A stretch of DNA of 63,237 nucleotides, filler included. It is 5 parts of 5 records of this genome, joined end to end, with 100 filler letters (N's around TTAATTAATTAA, not from the genome) between each part and the next. Parts side by side here need not be neighbours in the genome. Positions count along the whole stretch, not along the records: positions 37,059 to 63,237 come from SRR31156797_8777; 4 more parts are not named here. One strand, written 5' to 3'. Below the pieces are notes generated by a model. It did not search any database. It had not been told where the DNA came from and worked only from the letters and a program-made list of their open reading frames with translations. This document shows, piece after piece, positions 39,782-50,271 of the stretch; the stretch's first letter is position 1, and each line of letters opens with the position of its first letter. Made by a program: the position numbers and the translations under genes.

Positions 39782-42700
39782 GGATTAAATAGGGGCGCCG
39801 GGACCTGGATCTGAACATCAGCAAGATGTAGAGGATGCAGGCTGCCGGAAAGAGGATGAGGCCCATCCGGTAGAGAAGGCTGAAACGGGAGTAGAAGTCG
39901 GGGATCTTCCTCTTCCCGATCACAAACCCTGTGGACACGCTGTTTACCGGCAGAGCCTGATCGCTCATGGCCCTCTGCCGGATCAGTCTCTGATTGCTGA
40001 AGCTGTCGGAGGACACGGCCAGAAATCCTCTCATGGGAACCGTTCCCGGAGGCGGCTGCTTTTCCTCCATGAGAACCGCGTCCAGGAGAAGTAGCTCATC
40101 CAGGGGAAAGATCTTCAGATCCTTCATCTGAAAGGAGGACTCCGAACTCTTGTTTCCCCGTCCCCAGATCTGAAATACCATGCGAACAGCCCCTTCGGGA
40201 ACGGTGAAAATCTGTTCATAGGGGTTGTAATCGACCTTGTGGATCTCCTCCACCTCGCTGATGAACTCGGTCCCCAGTATCTCATCCTTCTCGTTGAGGA
40301 ACAGTATTTTCGAGTGCCTTCTTATCAGACGCTCCGAGCGGGCTGTAAAGCCGATCCAGTACTCCCTCCCCGCATTCACATCCAGTTCAGGGGTGGAGTA
40401 AACATACCAGTCGCAGGAACAGGTAGGATCGTAACGGATGGTCAGCTCGCCCTCTGTGATTTCCCTTCGGCTCATCTCCTCCGAGATATGGAGACAGTCG
40501 CTGCAGTTCTCCTGGAAGATGTCTTCCAGGAAGAAGGGGGTCCGAACCCGGGAGGGATCGAAAAGCCGTATATCATCGATAGAGGCAAGTGAGGAGGATT
40601 CGCTCTCCTGATGAATCTCCAGAGTGTATCTTCCCCGGGGAAGGGGGATAGAGGTGGCCTTCAAGGTTCCGTAGCGGGGGAGTGTGAAGGCCGGGTCTTT
40701 GAGGCGCCGGGGAAAATCCTTGTAGAGGAGGGGATCGAATACCACCTCTCCTGTGGTCAGGGGCCCCCCCTTCAGATCTTCGAAGACAAAAGATCGCTCA
40801 TAGACCCCTCGTCCCCTTTCGTCCAGGATGCGGAGAACGAATCTCCCCGGGCTGCCGGGGGGAAAGGAGGCGTAGAGGGTCCAGTCGTAGCGTCCGTCCT
40901 GGAGTACATCGAAATCCATGGTGAGCTTGCCCCTGTCGCTCCTTATCCCTCTTCCCGCGTGAAGGGCGGGGTAGCTCCGTCTGGTCTGGATCATCCCGGA
41001 GTACTTAAAATCCGCTTCCGCCTCCGCGACGATGATCTGGCTTGCCCGATCCGAGATCCGCTGAATGGGAAAGAGCAGGGACTCCAGATCATCCTCCGGG
41101 ATCAGGGCCAGGGTGTTCACGGCATTGAATCCGCTCCTGTTCTCGATGGAGAGGGCATTGTTCCCCTCTTCCAGGGTGACTGTTCCCAGATCGTACCAGG
41201 TCATGGAGGCCATGGAGGACCTGCTGTCCACCGTCCGGGCCTGCCCTCCGTTGATCTTCAGTTTCAGGGTGCCTCCTCCCGGGGAGCGGAAGGCTCTCAG
41301 AAAGAGCCGGACCTTCTCTTTTTTTCCGGAGAAGCGGATCATATCGATGGTATTGGGGGCCCTGTAGTCCTTCAGATCGAGGATCTGGATGTCATGGATC
41401 CACCAGAAGACCTTCTGCTCCGGCCTCTGATAGGAGAGAAGGTCGATCCTCATGTACCGGGAGGCCGCGGGTGAGACGTACTCTCCATAAAGGGTCATGC
41501 CGTCGAAGGAGGTCTCCTCTGAGGGAGCTATGACATAGCTGACTCCCAGTTCATTGCCCTCTATGTCGAAGAATCTGACCTTGACGTGCATCTTATTGGT
41601 CCCCCGTCCGGACAGGCTGACCCGGAACTGATAGGGCGTATCTCCCGTGACCTTCAGCTTTCCCGATTTCGCTACCTGCCAGACGTTCTCGGACTCTCCT
41701 CTTTGAATCTCACCGTGAAGGACGGGGAGGGTGTTGCCGGGGCCGAGGGGGTTGGCCTGGGCCGAGAAGAGCTGGGGATTATCGGGGGTGAAGAACTTTT
41801 CGATCCTGAGCATGGAATTGAAATCGATGAGCAGACTTCCCCTGGCTTTCTCCATCCTGTGGGGAGGCAGATCCAGACGGCTGCTGGAAAAACTTACCCC
41901 CATCCCCACACCCAGATCGAAGTCGAAGGGATTGCTTTCGATTCCCTGGGACTGGAGGTACCAGGACCAGTCCGGCGTGCTGATACGGGTCTTGGCCCAT
42001 CGGAGATAAGGATTCCCGTCGTTTATAAAATCAAAGGGGTTCAGATAGTACTCCGGATCCAGGGAGGAGAGGAGAAGGTCTTCCCGTCTTCGGACATCCA
42101 GGAGATCCCCTTCCTGCAGGGCCGACAGGAGGGAACCCCTGTTCTGTGCCGCAAACAGGACGCCGTATCGAGCCCAGTCGAAGCCCTCCATTCCCCAGTA
42201 GCCCTCCAGTTGGGAGAGGCCGTAGGGGGTGAGTATGCGGCGTTCGAGGATCCGGAGTTCCTCCGGGCGGGTTTCGGCCGTGAAGATGCTGAAGATTCCC
42301 GACGACTGCCGCCGGCTTATCCCGGTCTGCATTCCCAGAAGCGCAAGGTTGAAGTTCTGACGGGTTTCGTGGCCCAGGTACTCGTTATGATAGATGATCT
42401 CATCGGCGGAGAACACCGTACCGTTCCTGACGATGTTCCTGCTCAGTCCCCTGTCCAGCTGATACTGGAGATAGCGCAGAAAATAGGATATCTCGGGGAT
42501 ACTGCCCTCATGATGGAAGAGGGTGTCCTTCAGGGAGTTATAGACATGAAAGTCACCGGTGGGCTTCAGGTAGCCCCTGTCCTGAGGATTCACATTCCAG
42601 AAGGGGGTGGCCACTCCCGTATGGCTCTGAATCATGCTCTCGGAAACCGGCAGATACAGGACGCGGCCGGAGGCGGAATCCTCTTCAAAGCGTCTGTTCA

Positions 42701-44153
42701 GGGCAGAATAATCCCCGGGGACGTCGACGGGGGCATAGAAGCCCTTGATAAAATGATTCCGATAGGGGTTCAGATAGGCGATGAAGGCGATCAGGATAAA
42801 GGCTGACAGGAGGAAACGGATGATGATCTGCCTGGTGGTATCCCTGGCCAGAAAGCGCCCCAGACTGATAAGTCCGAAGGTGAACAGAATGCTGTAGCAG
42901 AGGGCCAGTATGCCCACCAGTTTGTCCGGATCCCTGAACATGGGCCCCAGAACGGGAACCTTTGTCACCAGGAGGATAAACAGATCCGCCGTGGCCTGAA
43001 GTTTTACTCCCGTTCCGAAGAGTATGAGCCCTCCCGTCAAAAGGGTGAAGAAGAAGAGTATCCCGTGTCTCCAGGATCGGAAGACGATTCCGATCAGGAT
43101 GACCGTCAGGAGAAGGCCTCCCGCCGCATGGAAGGAGAGGGGAAGCTCTTCCAGAGGGAACATGGGCCACCAGTAACTGTTGAGATAGAGAACGTTCTTC
43201 AGGGAGCTGTTACGGCTGAACAGGCTGAGGGTATCGATCACATTGATATTGAACTGGGAGGGCCTGTTCCCGCTGACAATCCCTCCCAGGTATATCGAGA
43301 GCCAGTGAAAGCTGAACATCAGGAAGAAGGAAGAGAACACCGTTCCCTTGAGGAGGAAGCTGCCCGCAATCGCCTTGAGCCTGAGTGTGCCCTCGTGTCT
43401 GTAACGGAGACAGGTCTTGGCCAGGAGGATGACGAAAAACAGAAGAAGCAGGATGATGCTGTAGAAGAAGTAATGTATTCCCGCGGACAGGGTCGACAGG
43501 ATCAGTCCTAGCCCCGCCGTGTCCGTCAGGTTGCGGCGGTAGAGACGGTTATAAAAAGGGGAATAGCCCCGGATGTTCAGTTCCTGGAAATGAGGGTCGA
43601 AGCTGTTGAAGAAGAAGAGCAGGAGCAGGGGGAAAAGGCTGTACCCGCAGAGGAGATAGATGTGCTGAATGCGGTAGACCACCCAGGGATTCAGGGCGTA
43701 GAAAAGGGCTCCCGGGATAAGGAGCAGGGTCTGGGGAAAGCCTATGGTCTTCTGTACATAGACGCGCAGAAGCTTACGGACGAAGAGGTATTGGGACAGG
43801 GCGGCGGAAAGGAGTATCTGGATAACGAAGGTCTTGAAGAACAGGGCTCCGTTGTAGCGGAATAGAGAGGATATGAGCCAGGACGGGAGGACGTAGACCA
43901 GCCGGGGCAGATTCAGAAGAGTTCCCGTACTCCAGCGCCGGTTCCAGAGTCCCAGAATCTCCTCCAGATAGCGGCGAGAGTCGAGGGGGAAGTCTATGTC
44001 GCTGAAAACGATATGGCCTTCCGCGAACAGGGGTGAGACATACCAGAGGATCAGGAGGGCCATGAAGGCAAGGGAGAACAGGTCGTAGCGCCGGGAGTAG
44101 ATGAAGCGATTGGTATGGTAGAGAAGGGGAGCTCTAATCGTCGTTCTCTTCAT
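39771..44153 (-). CDS. 1460-aa polytopic membrane protein, GT-C (AftD/YfhO-like) with extracytoplasmic CBM-like domains
   Basis: About 11-12 N-terminal TMs with FSDIDFP, FYALNPW, FRDPDK; beta-sandwich repeats; C-terminal TM. Confidence 0.65.
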   Translation of the reverse strand: MKRTTIRAPLLYHTNRFIYSRRYDLFSLAFMALLILWYVSPLFAEGHIVFSDIDFPLDSRRYLEEILGLWNRRWSTGTLLNLPRLVYVLPSWLISSLFRYNGALFFKTFVIQILLSAALSQYLFVRKLLRVYVQKTIGFPQTLLLIPGALFYALNPWVVYRIQHIYLLCGYSLFPLLLLFFFNSFDPHFQELNIRGYSPFYNRLYRRNLTDTAGLGLILSTLSAGIHYFFYSIILLLLFFVILLAKTCLRYRHEGTLRLKAIAGSFLLKGTVFSSFFLMFSFHWLSIYLGGIVSGNRPSQFNINVIDTLSLFSRNSSLKNVLYLNSYWWPMFPLEELPLSFHAAGGLLLTVILIGIVFRSWRHGILFFFTLLTGGLILFGTGVKLQATADLFILLVTKVPVLGPMFRDPDKLVGILALCYSILFTFGLISLGRFLARDTTRQIIIRFLLSAFILIAFIAYLNPYRNHFIKGFYAPVDVPGDYSALNRRFEEDSASGRVLYLPVSESMIQSHTGVATPFWNVNPQDRGYLKPTGDFHVYNSLKDTLFHHEGSIPEISYFLRYLQYQLDRGLSRNIVRNGTVFSADEIIYHNEYLGHETRQNFNLALLGMQTGISRRQSSGIFSIFTAETRPEELRILERRILTPYGLSQLEGYWGMEGFDWARYGVLFAAQNRGSLLSALQEGDLLDVRRREDLLLSSLDPEYYLNPFDFINDGNPYLRWAKTRISTPDWSWYLQSQGIESNPFDFDLGVGMGVSFSSSRLDLPPHRMEKARGSLLIDFNSMLRIEKFFTPDNPQLFSAQANPLGPGNTLPVLHGEIQRGESENVWQVAKSGKLKVTGDTPYQFRVSLSGRGTNKMHVKVRFFDIEGNELGVSYVIAPSEETSFDGMTLYGEYVSPAASRYMRIDLLSYQRPEQKVFWWIHDIQILDLKDYRAPNTIDMIRFSGKKEKVRLFLRAFRSPGGGTLKLKINGGQARTVDSRSSMASMTWYDLGTVTLEEGNNALSIENRSGFNAVNTLALIPEDDLESLLFPIQRISDRASQIIVAEAEADFKYSGMIQTRRSYPALHAGRGIRSDRGKLTMDFDVLQDGRYDWTLYASFPPGSPGRFVLRILDERGRGVYERSFVFEDLKGGPLTTGEVVFDPLLYKDFPRRLKDPAFTLPRYGTLKATSIPLPRGRYTLEIHQESESSSLASIDDIRLFDPSRVRTPFFLEDIFQENCSDCLHISEEMSRREITEGELTIRYDPTCSCDWYVYSTPELDVNAGREYWIGFTARSERLIRRHSKILFLNEKDEILGTEFISEVEEIHKVDYNPYEQIFTVPEGAVRMVFQIWGRGNKSSESSFQMKDLKIFPLDELLLLDAVLMEEKQPPPGTVPMRGFLAVSSDSFSNQRLIRQRAMSDQALPVNSVSTGFVIGKRKIPDFYSRFSLLYRMGLILFPAACILYILLMFRSRSRRPYLILTD

Positions 44154-45201
44154 GCTCTTCCATCATTTCCAGTATATGGGATATGTCGTTACCCATATAC
44201 TTCAGTTCCCTGTCCACCTTTCCTATGACCGAAATATCCTCTGTCAGTTGTGACAGGTTGTCCCGCATCCTTTTGAAGAACTTGATCCTTCCGTCGTAGC
44301 GGTTTTTGATCAGCAGGGATTCGGCGAAGAGCAGGATCTCCTTGTACAGTTTCCAGGCACAGATATAGGCCGTTCCCGAAAGGGTGAGGAGGAAGAAGAC
44401 CAGAGCCGTCGTCTGGATCCCTCCCCGCTCTTTCATAAGATCCGTCTCTCTGTAGACCGTAAGGTACAGGGCCGTCTCTCCCATGGGAGCGTATCCGAAA
44501 CTATGGTACTCCCGGTCGTACTCCCGCAGCTCCGAGTAGCCGTCCAGCATCCTCTTGGTCAGATCGTTCACTGTCACCGTTCCCGTCTGCTTCCCCGCAG
44601 AGCTCAGGATCAGAGCGAATTCCTCGTCGTAGATATCGATGTGATAGGAGTCGGGGACCGTGAGTAGGGGGGCAGCGAAGGAGAAGTCCAGGAGGTCTGC
44701 CGTGTAGCCCAGTACTATCCCGTTCTCCATGCGCTTCTTGTAGCGGCAGAGGACGGGCGTGTTCTCCGGCAGGGATAGAAAGGCGACAGCCTCGGGGCTG
44801 CTGAACAGCCTTGCGGAGAGCTCCCTTTGAACGGCTACCAGATCCTGGTCCTGGAAGGACTGGAAATCCAACGCTCTGCGCTCCGGATCAAAGTAGTATG
44901 TTCGGATCAGAGCGTCATTGATCCCGTACAGGTATTCACTCTCATTTCCTTCCTTACGGGTTCGAAGGATCCTGAGGGCCGCTGCGCGGCCGCTCTCTCG
45001 CAAAAGGCGGAGGGTCCGGTCGTACTGCTGCGCAGCCTGAGTCAGCTTTTCATCCCTCAGAATCTGCAGAAAGCGTCCCTCCCTCTCCAGGGACTCTCTT
45101 GTGGAGAGGGACGTGCTTATAAAGTGCAGACAGAGCACGGGGATCAGGGAAACCAGGATAATCAGGGAAAAGGTTTTGAAGCGGATACTTTTATAAGTCA
45201 A
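44134..45201 (-). CDS. Two-TM Cache-like sensor protein lacking a recognisable output domain
   Basis: TM, periplasmic domain, TM, then a short (~70 aa) helical tail. Confidence 0.55.
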   Translation of the reverse strand: MTYKSIRFKTFSLIILVSLIPVLCLHFISTSLSTRESLEREGRFLQILRDEKLTQAAQQYDRTLRLLRESGRAAALRILRTRKEGNESEYLYGINDALIRTYYFDPERRALDFQSFQDQDLVAVQRELSARLFSSPEAVAFLSLPENTPVLCRYKKRMENGIVLGYTADLLDFSFAAPLLTVPDSYHIDIYDEEFALILSSAGKQTGTVTVNDLTKRMLDGYSELREYDREYHSFGYAPMGETALYLTVYRETDLMKERGGIQTTALVFFLLTLSGTAYICAWKLYKEILLFAESLLIKNRYDGRIKFFKRMRDNLSQLTEDISVIGKVDRELKYMGNDISHILEMMEEHEENDD

Positions 45202-45281
45202 CGGTTACCTCTTTTTTGATTCTTTATCCCATATGCATATAATTGTAAAATATATACCTGTTTATTGCAAAAGAGGTGCCT

Positions 45282-46400
45282 ATGGCAGACAAGGTCCTTA
45301 TCCTTTCCGACTCGGTCAGATCCATCCCCTATGAGGATACCCTCTCCCTTTATGATTTCAGCTTTTCGTCCTCCCCGTCTCAGGAGGCGGAGTCCTACGC
45401 CGCGGCGATCATCGATTACAGTTCTCCCCGGGAAATCCTGAAATCGGCGGAGACCCTGAGAGGGGCGAGACCCGACCTTCCTCTCCTTCTGATCATCGAT
45501 ATTGAAACTCCCGAGCCGGAAACCCTGCTCCAGCTGATCGGCGGTTATGGTGCTACGCGGCTGTTCGTATGGAAGGAGGATAACCCCGTACCCCTTCTGG
45601 AAGAGATCCAGAGCCTCTGTCATCCCGAGTATCCGGAGAAGATGAAGGAGATCGCCATCGTGCTGCCTGTGTACAACGAGGAGAAACGGATCAGAAATGT
45701 GATCGATTTCTCCTTGAATCTGCATACGCTGATCGAGGGAAGTCTTCTGAACAGCCGGATTATCTTCGTCAACGACGGCAGCAGCGATAACACCTCCGGA
45801 CTGATCGAGAAGATCATCGCCGCCGGCCAGGAAAGGATGGATTACGTCTCCAATACGGCCTTTTTCACCACCCACAGTCTGGTGATCAACACCCGCAAGG
45901 CCGGGACCTATATGGACGGCCTGAAATCGGTACAGGCGGATGTCTACCTTTTTGCGGATGCGGACAACTCCTTCGTTATCGAGGATATGGCCAGGATGAT
46001 CAATCTTATCCGGGATGGTTACTACGATATGGTCGTGGGGACCAAAGACCAGTCCGCAGAGAACAGACCCCTGGTCCGGAGGATGATGAGCTTCGCCAAG
46101 CGCCGCTTGACGGCCCATCTCCTCCCTCCGGGGATCTATGATTCCCAGACCGGACTGAAGGCGATGAACGCTGTCGCCGCCCGCTGTATCTTTCGTCATC
46201 TCCATGAGAAGACCGGTCTGGCCATTGATCTGGAGATGCTTCATCTCGCCAGAAAGTACAGGCTGCGCGTATTGCAGCTGCCGGTCGTCTGCATAGACAG
46301 GGACGGATCCCATGTGGATATCCTCAGAGATTCCGTCGCCTTTATACGATCCATACTGCTGATTCCCTGGTGGAACAGAAAGGTCAGGTGCCCCCGATGA
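45282..46400 (+). CDS. GT2 glycosyltransferase (Dol-P-Glc/Man synthase-like) with N-terminal receiver-like domain
   Basis: VLPVYNEE, VNDGSSD, FADAD, DSQTGLK; N-terminal VLILSD...AIID...PDLPLLLI. Confidence 0.8.
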   Translation: MADKVLILSDSVRSIPYEDTLSLYDFSFSSSPSQEAESYAAAIIDYSSPREILKSAETLRGARPDLPLLLIIDIETPEPETLLQLIGGYGATRLFVWKEDNPVPLLEEIQSLCHPEYPEKMKEIAIVLPVYNEEKRIRNVIDFSLNLHTLIEGSLLNSRIIFVNDGSSDNTSGLIEKIIAAGQERMDYVSNTAFFTTHSLVINTRKAGTYMDGLKSVQADVYLFADADNSFVIEDMARMINLIRDGYYDMVVGTKDQSAENRPLVRRMMSFAKRRLTAHLLPPGIYDSQTGLKAMNAVAARCIFRHLHEKTGLAIDLEMLHLARKYRLRVLQLPVVCIDRDGSHVDILRDSVAFIRSILLIPWWNRKVRCPR

Positions 46401-46990
46401 AACGAGTCTTATTTGTGGATGATCAGAAGGATATTCTGGATCTGCTGAAGGTCAAGCTGACAAACAGGAGCTACGAGGCCTTGTTCGCAGACAGCTGTGA
46501 TTCCGCCCTGAAGATCCTGGAAGGCCGGGATATTCATGTGGTGGTGACGGATCTTCTTATGCCGGGTGAAAACGGGATCGTCCTGCTTCAGGAACTGAAG
46601 CAGCGCTATCCGGGAGTGGTGAGGATCGTCCTCTCAGGATTGTCCCAGGTCAGCTTCATCCTTTCCGCCATCAATAACGGCGATATCTACCGTTACATCA
46701 CCAAGCCATGGAAGATCGATGATGAAGCGGAGCAGATTATCCAGTCGGCTCTGGAGTACTCGGACTTTCTCCGATCCAGGGAGGAGTGCGTAGAGAGCTT
46801 CACCAGCTCCGATATTGAGTCTATTCTGGAGGCGACGGGCTGCCGTGCCGCCCTGCTGGATGAGGGGGGGAAGATCGTTTTCGGCCCCGAGGGGGACGGG
46901 GGCCGGTCAATTTCCCTCTCCAACGGATGGACTTTGAAGATGCCTCTTCCTGAGACGGGAACCCAGCAGAGCCCCCGCCGCCGAGAATGA
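46397..46990 (+). CDS. Response regulator (REC plus short tail)
   Basis: LFVDDQ, TDLLMPG, LSG, TKPW; ATGA-coupled to GT2. Confidence 0.88.
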   Translation: MKRVLFVDDQKDILDLLKVKLTNRSYEALFADSCDSALKILEGRDIHVVVTDLLMPGENGIVLLQELKQRYPGVVRIVLSGLSQVSFILSAINNGDIYRYITKPWKIDDEAEQIIQSALEYSDFLRSREECVESFTSSDIESILEATGCRAALLDEGGKIVFGPEGDGGRSISLSNGWTLKMPLPETGTQQSPRRRE

Positions 46991-47827
46991 CAGGAGAACA
47001 TACATCTGAAACATCCCCAGACTGAGAAGGGGATGTTTCAGATAGCTCAGCATATTCTGCGGACGGTAGAGAACCGGTCTGAAGAAATACCAGCGGCTCA
47101 GGGCCTTTCTGAAGCCTCCCGATTCGCTGTCCAGGGTCTTGTCCATTTCGGAGAAATAGTAGGCTTTCTTGTGAAGGATTTCCCTGAGGGTGACCCTTTT
47201 TTCGTTGTGCCCGACGGCGGTGAAGACGGCTCTTTTGAGGCGCCCTCCCTTCTCCATATAGCGGATCGTCGGCTGGGTCTCTTCAAAGGATATCTGGGCG
47301 GGATTGATTCCGCCCGTGCTCAGATAGTCCGGGATCCTCCAGAACCGGGCGGCCTCGATAGAGTTTCGTCCCGGTTCGGGACCCGCGTTGTTGATTATGT
47401 TCCGCTCGAAAACCTTGACCCTGGAATAGAAGTTCTTATACGCCGACCAGGCACGCTCCGGAATAATAAGACCGCCCACATCCCCGTGGGCGTCCAGGTA
47501 GTCCGCGCAGCCGCGGACAAGCCCTTCCTGCAGCTCCATATCTGAATCGATGATATAGAGATAGCCCCCCCCCTTCTTCAGGGCCTCGTCGATGGCCGTT
47601 TTTCTGGCGATGCCCCGCTCTCCGTGGGGAAGGGGGATCACCGTCAGATTGTCGTAGCGCCGAGCCCAGTCTTCCAGGATCGACAGGGTAGGGTCCGTGG
47701 AACCGTCATCCGCAACGATGACATGAAGAGGACTGTAATCCTGGTCCAGACAACTTTTGAGGCAGCCCTCTACATAGCCGCTGCTGTTGAAGGTGGAGAA
47801 GACTATGGAGACCGAAGGATCAGCCAT
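46907..47827 (-). CDS. GT2 family glycosyltransferase
   Basis: VADDGSTD, IIDSD. Confidence 0.88.
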   Translation of the reverse strand: MADPSVSIVFSTFNSSGYVEGCLKSCLDQDYSPLHVIVADDGSTDPTLSILEDWARRYDNLTVIPLPHGERGIARKTAIDEALKKGGGYLYIIDSDMELQEGLVRGCADYLDAHGDVGGLIIPERAWSAYKNFYSRVKVFERNIINNAGPEPGRNSIEAARFWRIPDYLSTGGINPAQISFEETQPTIRYMEKGGRLKRAVFTAVGHNEKRVTLREILHKKAYYFSEMDKTLDSESGGFRKALSRWYFFRPVLYRPQNMLSYLKHPLLSLGMFQMYVLLSFSAAGALLGSRLRKRHLQSPSVGEGN

Positions 47828-48968
47828 ACACTCCTCCTTCCAGGGTATCCATGAAGCGGGTGAAGCTCCTGCCCGTATTGTCCCAGTGGAAGTTCAGGGA
47901 AAAGTCATAGGCGGCCTTCCGCTTCCGGCTGTACTCCTCCTTCTTTTCGATGACTGCGATCATGGACTGATAGATGGATTCCACCGTATTGCTGTCGCAC
48001 ATATAGCCCGCCGCGCCGTTGTCCACCGCATCTCTGGTCCCAGCGGAATCATAGACGATGGAAGGGGTTCCCACGGCGGCGGCCTCCGTGATGATCAGGC
48101 CCCATCCCTCTCTGAGAGAGGGAAAGATGAGGCAGTGGGAGCGGCTCATGAGGCTGAGTTTTTCCCCTTCCTCTACGAAACCCTTGAAGTCTATGTCCTT
48201 TCCCGTCTCATAGTCCAGGGCGTAGCGCCGGCACAGGGGAATCAGCCGCTTGTTCAGGTACCCTTCATCCCTCTTCCCGACGACCGTCAGATGGGCCTCC
48301 CCGTATTGCTGCTTCAGCCGTCCGAAGGCCATGATCGTATCGTCGATCCCCTTGTAGCGGGCGTAACGGCCCACGTAGATATAGCTTGGCACCTCACGCT
48401 TCTCCAGGAAATCCTCTTCCCTCCAGTGGGTGAAGTCTATCCCTTCGGGGATGATGAAGACCCGGTCTTTCTTAAATCCCAGATTCAGAAGGTCGTCCCT
48501 TGTCGAGGGGGAGACGGTGATAGTGTGGTCCCTGCTGGAAAGCCGGAGCAGGGGGCGTTCCGTCAGATAGCCCAGGAGGTTGAAGGGAAAGCTCATATGG
48601 CGAAACCAGATCTCCCTGGTAAGCTGGTGGATGAAGAAGATCCTCTTTTTACGCTCCACCCAGAGGGGGGTGAAGAAGCGGTGGGTGTTGCACTGGTCCA
48701 CCACATAGTCGATCTGTGAGCGATGGGCTCTGTAGTAGGACCTGGCCCTGGATATGACGGACAGAACCCCGCCCGAACGGATGTAGCGAATACCGTCTAT
48801 CATCTCCTCTTCAGCCGCCCCCTCGAAGAGGGGAGAAAAATGGATCATCTCATACCGGTCCTGATCGGCCCGTTTCATCATCTCATGGGTGAAGATTTCC
48901 GCGCCCCCCTTTTTGGGCGCCTTGATGTCTCTCCATGAGAGGAACAGTATGGTGGTTTTATTTTTCAT
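47820..48968 (-). CDS. GT4 family glycosyltransferase
   Basis: WRD..P..GGAE, VGR...KG, PSLREGWGLIITEA. Confidence 0.92.
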   Translation of the reverse strand: MKNKTTILFLSWRDIKAPKKGGAEIFTHEMMKRADQDRYEMIHFSPLFEGAAEEEMIDGIRYIRSGGVLSVISRARSYYRAHRSQIDYVVDQCNTHRFFTPLWVERKKRIFFIHQLTREIWFRHMSFPFNLLGYLTERPLLRLSSRDHTITVSPSTRDDLLNLGFKKDRVFIIPEGIDFTHWREEDFLEKREVPSYIYVGRYARYKGIDDTIMAFGRLKQQYGEAHLTVVGKRDEGYLNKRLIPLCRRYALDYETGKDIDFKGFVEEGEKLSLMSRSHCLIFPSLREGWGLIITEAAAVGTPSIVYDSAGTRDAVDNGAAGYMCDSNTVESIYQSMIAVIEKKEEYSRKRKAAYDFSLNFHWDNTGRSFTRFMDTLEGGVYG

Positions 48969-50190
48969 AGATCATCTCCTTTTTGATTATTCCGAAGAAC
49001 TGTATGGACAGGATCAGCAATAGCAGGGCGAACACCCCGATCTTGGTGAGCAGGACGGTGCGGATGGAGCCGTGGCTGAGAATGAGAATCCCGACCAGAA
49101 GGACCGCCGCAAAGAAGAGGGGCGGGAGGAAATCCCTCCTCTCGAGAACCAGGAAGTAGTTGATCACCACAAAGGACAGTACCAGCAGGCCGTATCCCGC
49201 TCCCCCCAGAAAGAGGTACTGGGCGGCTTCGGCGTACTGGTCGTTGAAAAAAAATGTGACGCTGGGGGGGAAGATGAAGCGGTAGAAGAGGAGGGATAGG
49301 AGGCAGACAGCCGTAAGGATAAGGGTGCAGATCCCCGCAAGCCTGAGAAAACGGCTGCGGTTTCGTCCCTCTTCACTCAGATGGGGGACGAATACCGTCA
49401 GGATGCTGAAGGATACGAAGAAGAGCAGCTGGCAGTATTTGAGTACCACCGCATACATACCCGATTGGGGAGTGAGGAAATAGTTCACAAGGATCATATC
49501 GACGGAGGAGAAGAAGTAAAGGGCGAACTGGCTGCTCCCCTCGGAAGCTACGGCGGACAGTACCTTTTTTCTGAAGCGGAGCAGGGGGCTTCTCAGAAGA
49601 TTCCGGGTCTGGCGACCGTAGAGGAGGAGGCTGTGGGCGAGAGCCAGGGCCATCCCTCCCAGGATAGTGATGAGGGCCGTATTGACTGTCCTGAGCCGCG
49701 GCAGAAGGAGCAGAAGCAGTAGGATCTTGGTTCCGACTTCTATATAAAAATTGAGGTTCAGCACCAGAAAACGCTTCTGCCCCTGCATCATGCCGCGGTA
49801 GATGCTGAGGATCAGGTTGACCGTAAAGATCAAGAGGATTAATACCACCGAGGAGAGGCTGCTGCGCACCAGGCGTATAAGAACCGGGATCAGGGGAAGG
49901 AGAATGCACAGACTCAGAAGGAGCAGACCCGCCGCGGTTCCCGCAAAGTCCAGGAATACCCGATCCTGCCCCGGGGAGGCCGCGATCTTTCGGGCCGCGG
50001 CGATCTGGAAGGAGATCCCCGTAACAAGGAGGATCGCTCCGACCGACAGCAATGCGTTGAGTTCTCCGTAATGCAGGGCACTGAGGTACCAGCTTACATA
50101 GACGTGAAACAGATAGTTCAGTCCGTTGAGAAGGATGTCCAGAACAGGAAAGATGAGATGCTGTTTCTTTTTAATCCCTTCGTAAGCCAT
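48958..50190 (-). CDS. Oligosaccharide flippase (Wzx/MOP family)
   Basis: About 12 TMs; NYLFH...YG, RGMMQGQKRF, D.ILV...SGMYA. Confidence 0.8.
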   Translation of the reverse strand: MAYEGIKKKQHLIFPVLDILLNGLNYLFHVYVSWYLSALHYGELNALLSVGAILLVTGISFQIAAARKIAASPGQDRVFLDFAGTAAGLLLLSLCILLPLIPVLIRLVRSSLSSVVLILLIFTVNLILSIYRGMMQGQKRFLVLNLNFYIEVGTKILLLLLLLPRLRTVNTALITILGGMALALAHSLLLYGRQTRNLLRSPLLRFRKKVLSAVASEGSSQFALYFFSSVDMILVNYFLTPQSGMYAVVLKYCQLLFFVSFSILTVFVPHLSEEGRNRSRFLRLAGICTLILTAVCLLSLLFYRFIFPPSVTFFFNDQYAEAAQYLFLGGAGYGLLVLSFVVINYFLVLERRDFLPPLFFAAVLLVGILILSHGSIRTVLLTKIGVFALLLLILSIQFFGIIKKEMIYEK

Positions 50191-50271
50191 ATTTTCTACT
50201 GTAAGATAAATGAACGGACATTACAAAAATAAGTTTAAAATTCCGGATCTTTGACTTAAACTTTAAGTCCT

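Noticed and set aside
46907-46990. 84-bp convergent overlap of response regulator and GT2
   Set aside because: Both tails look low-information; probably stop-codon drift
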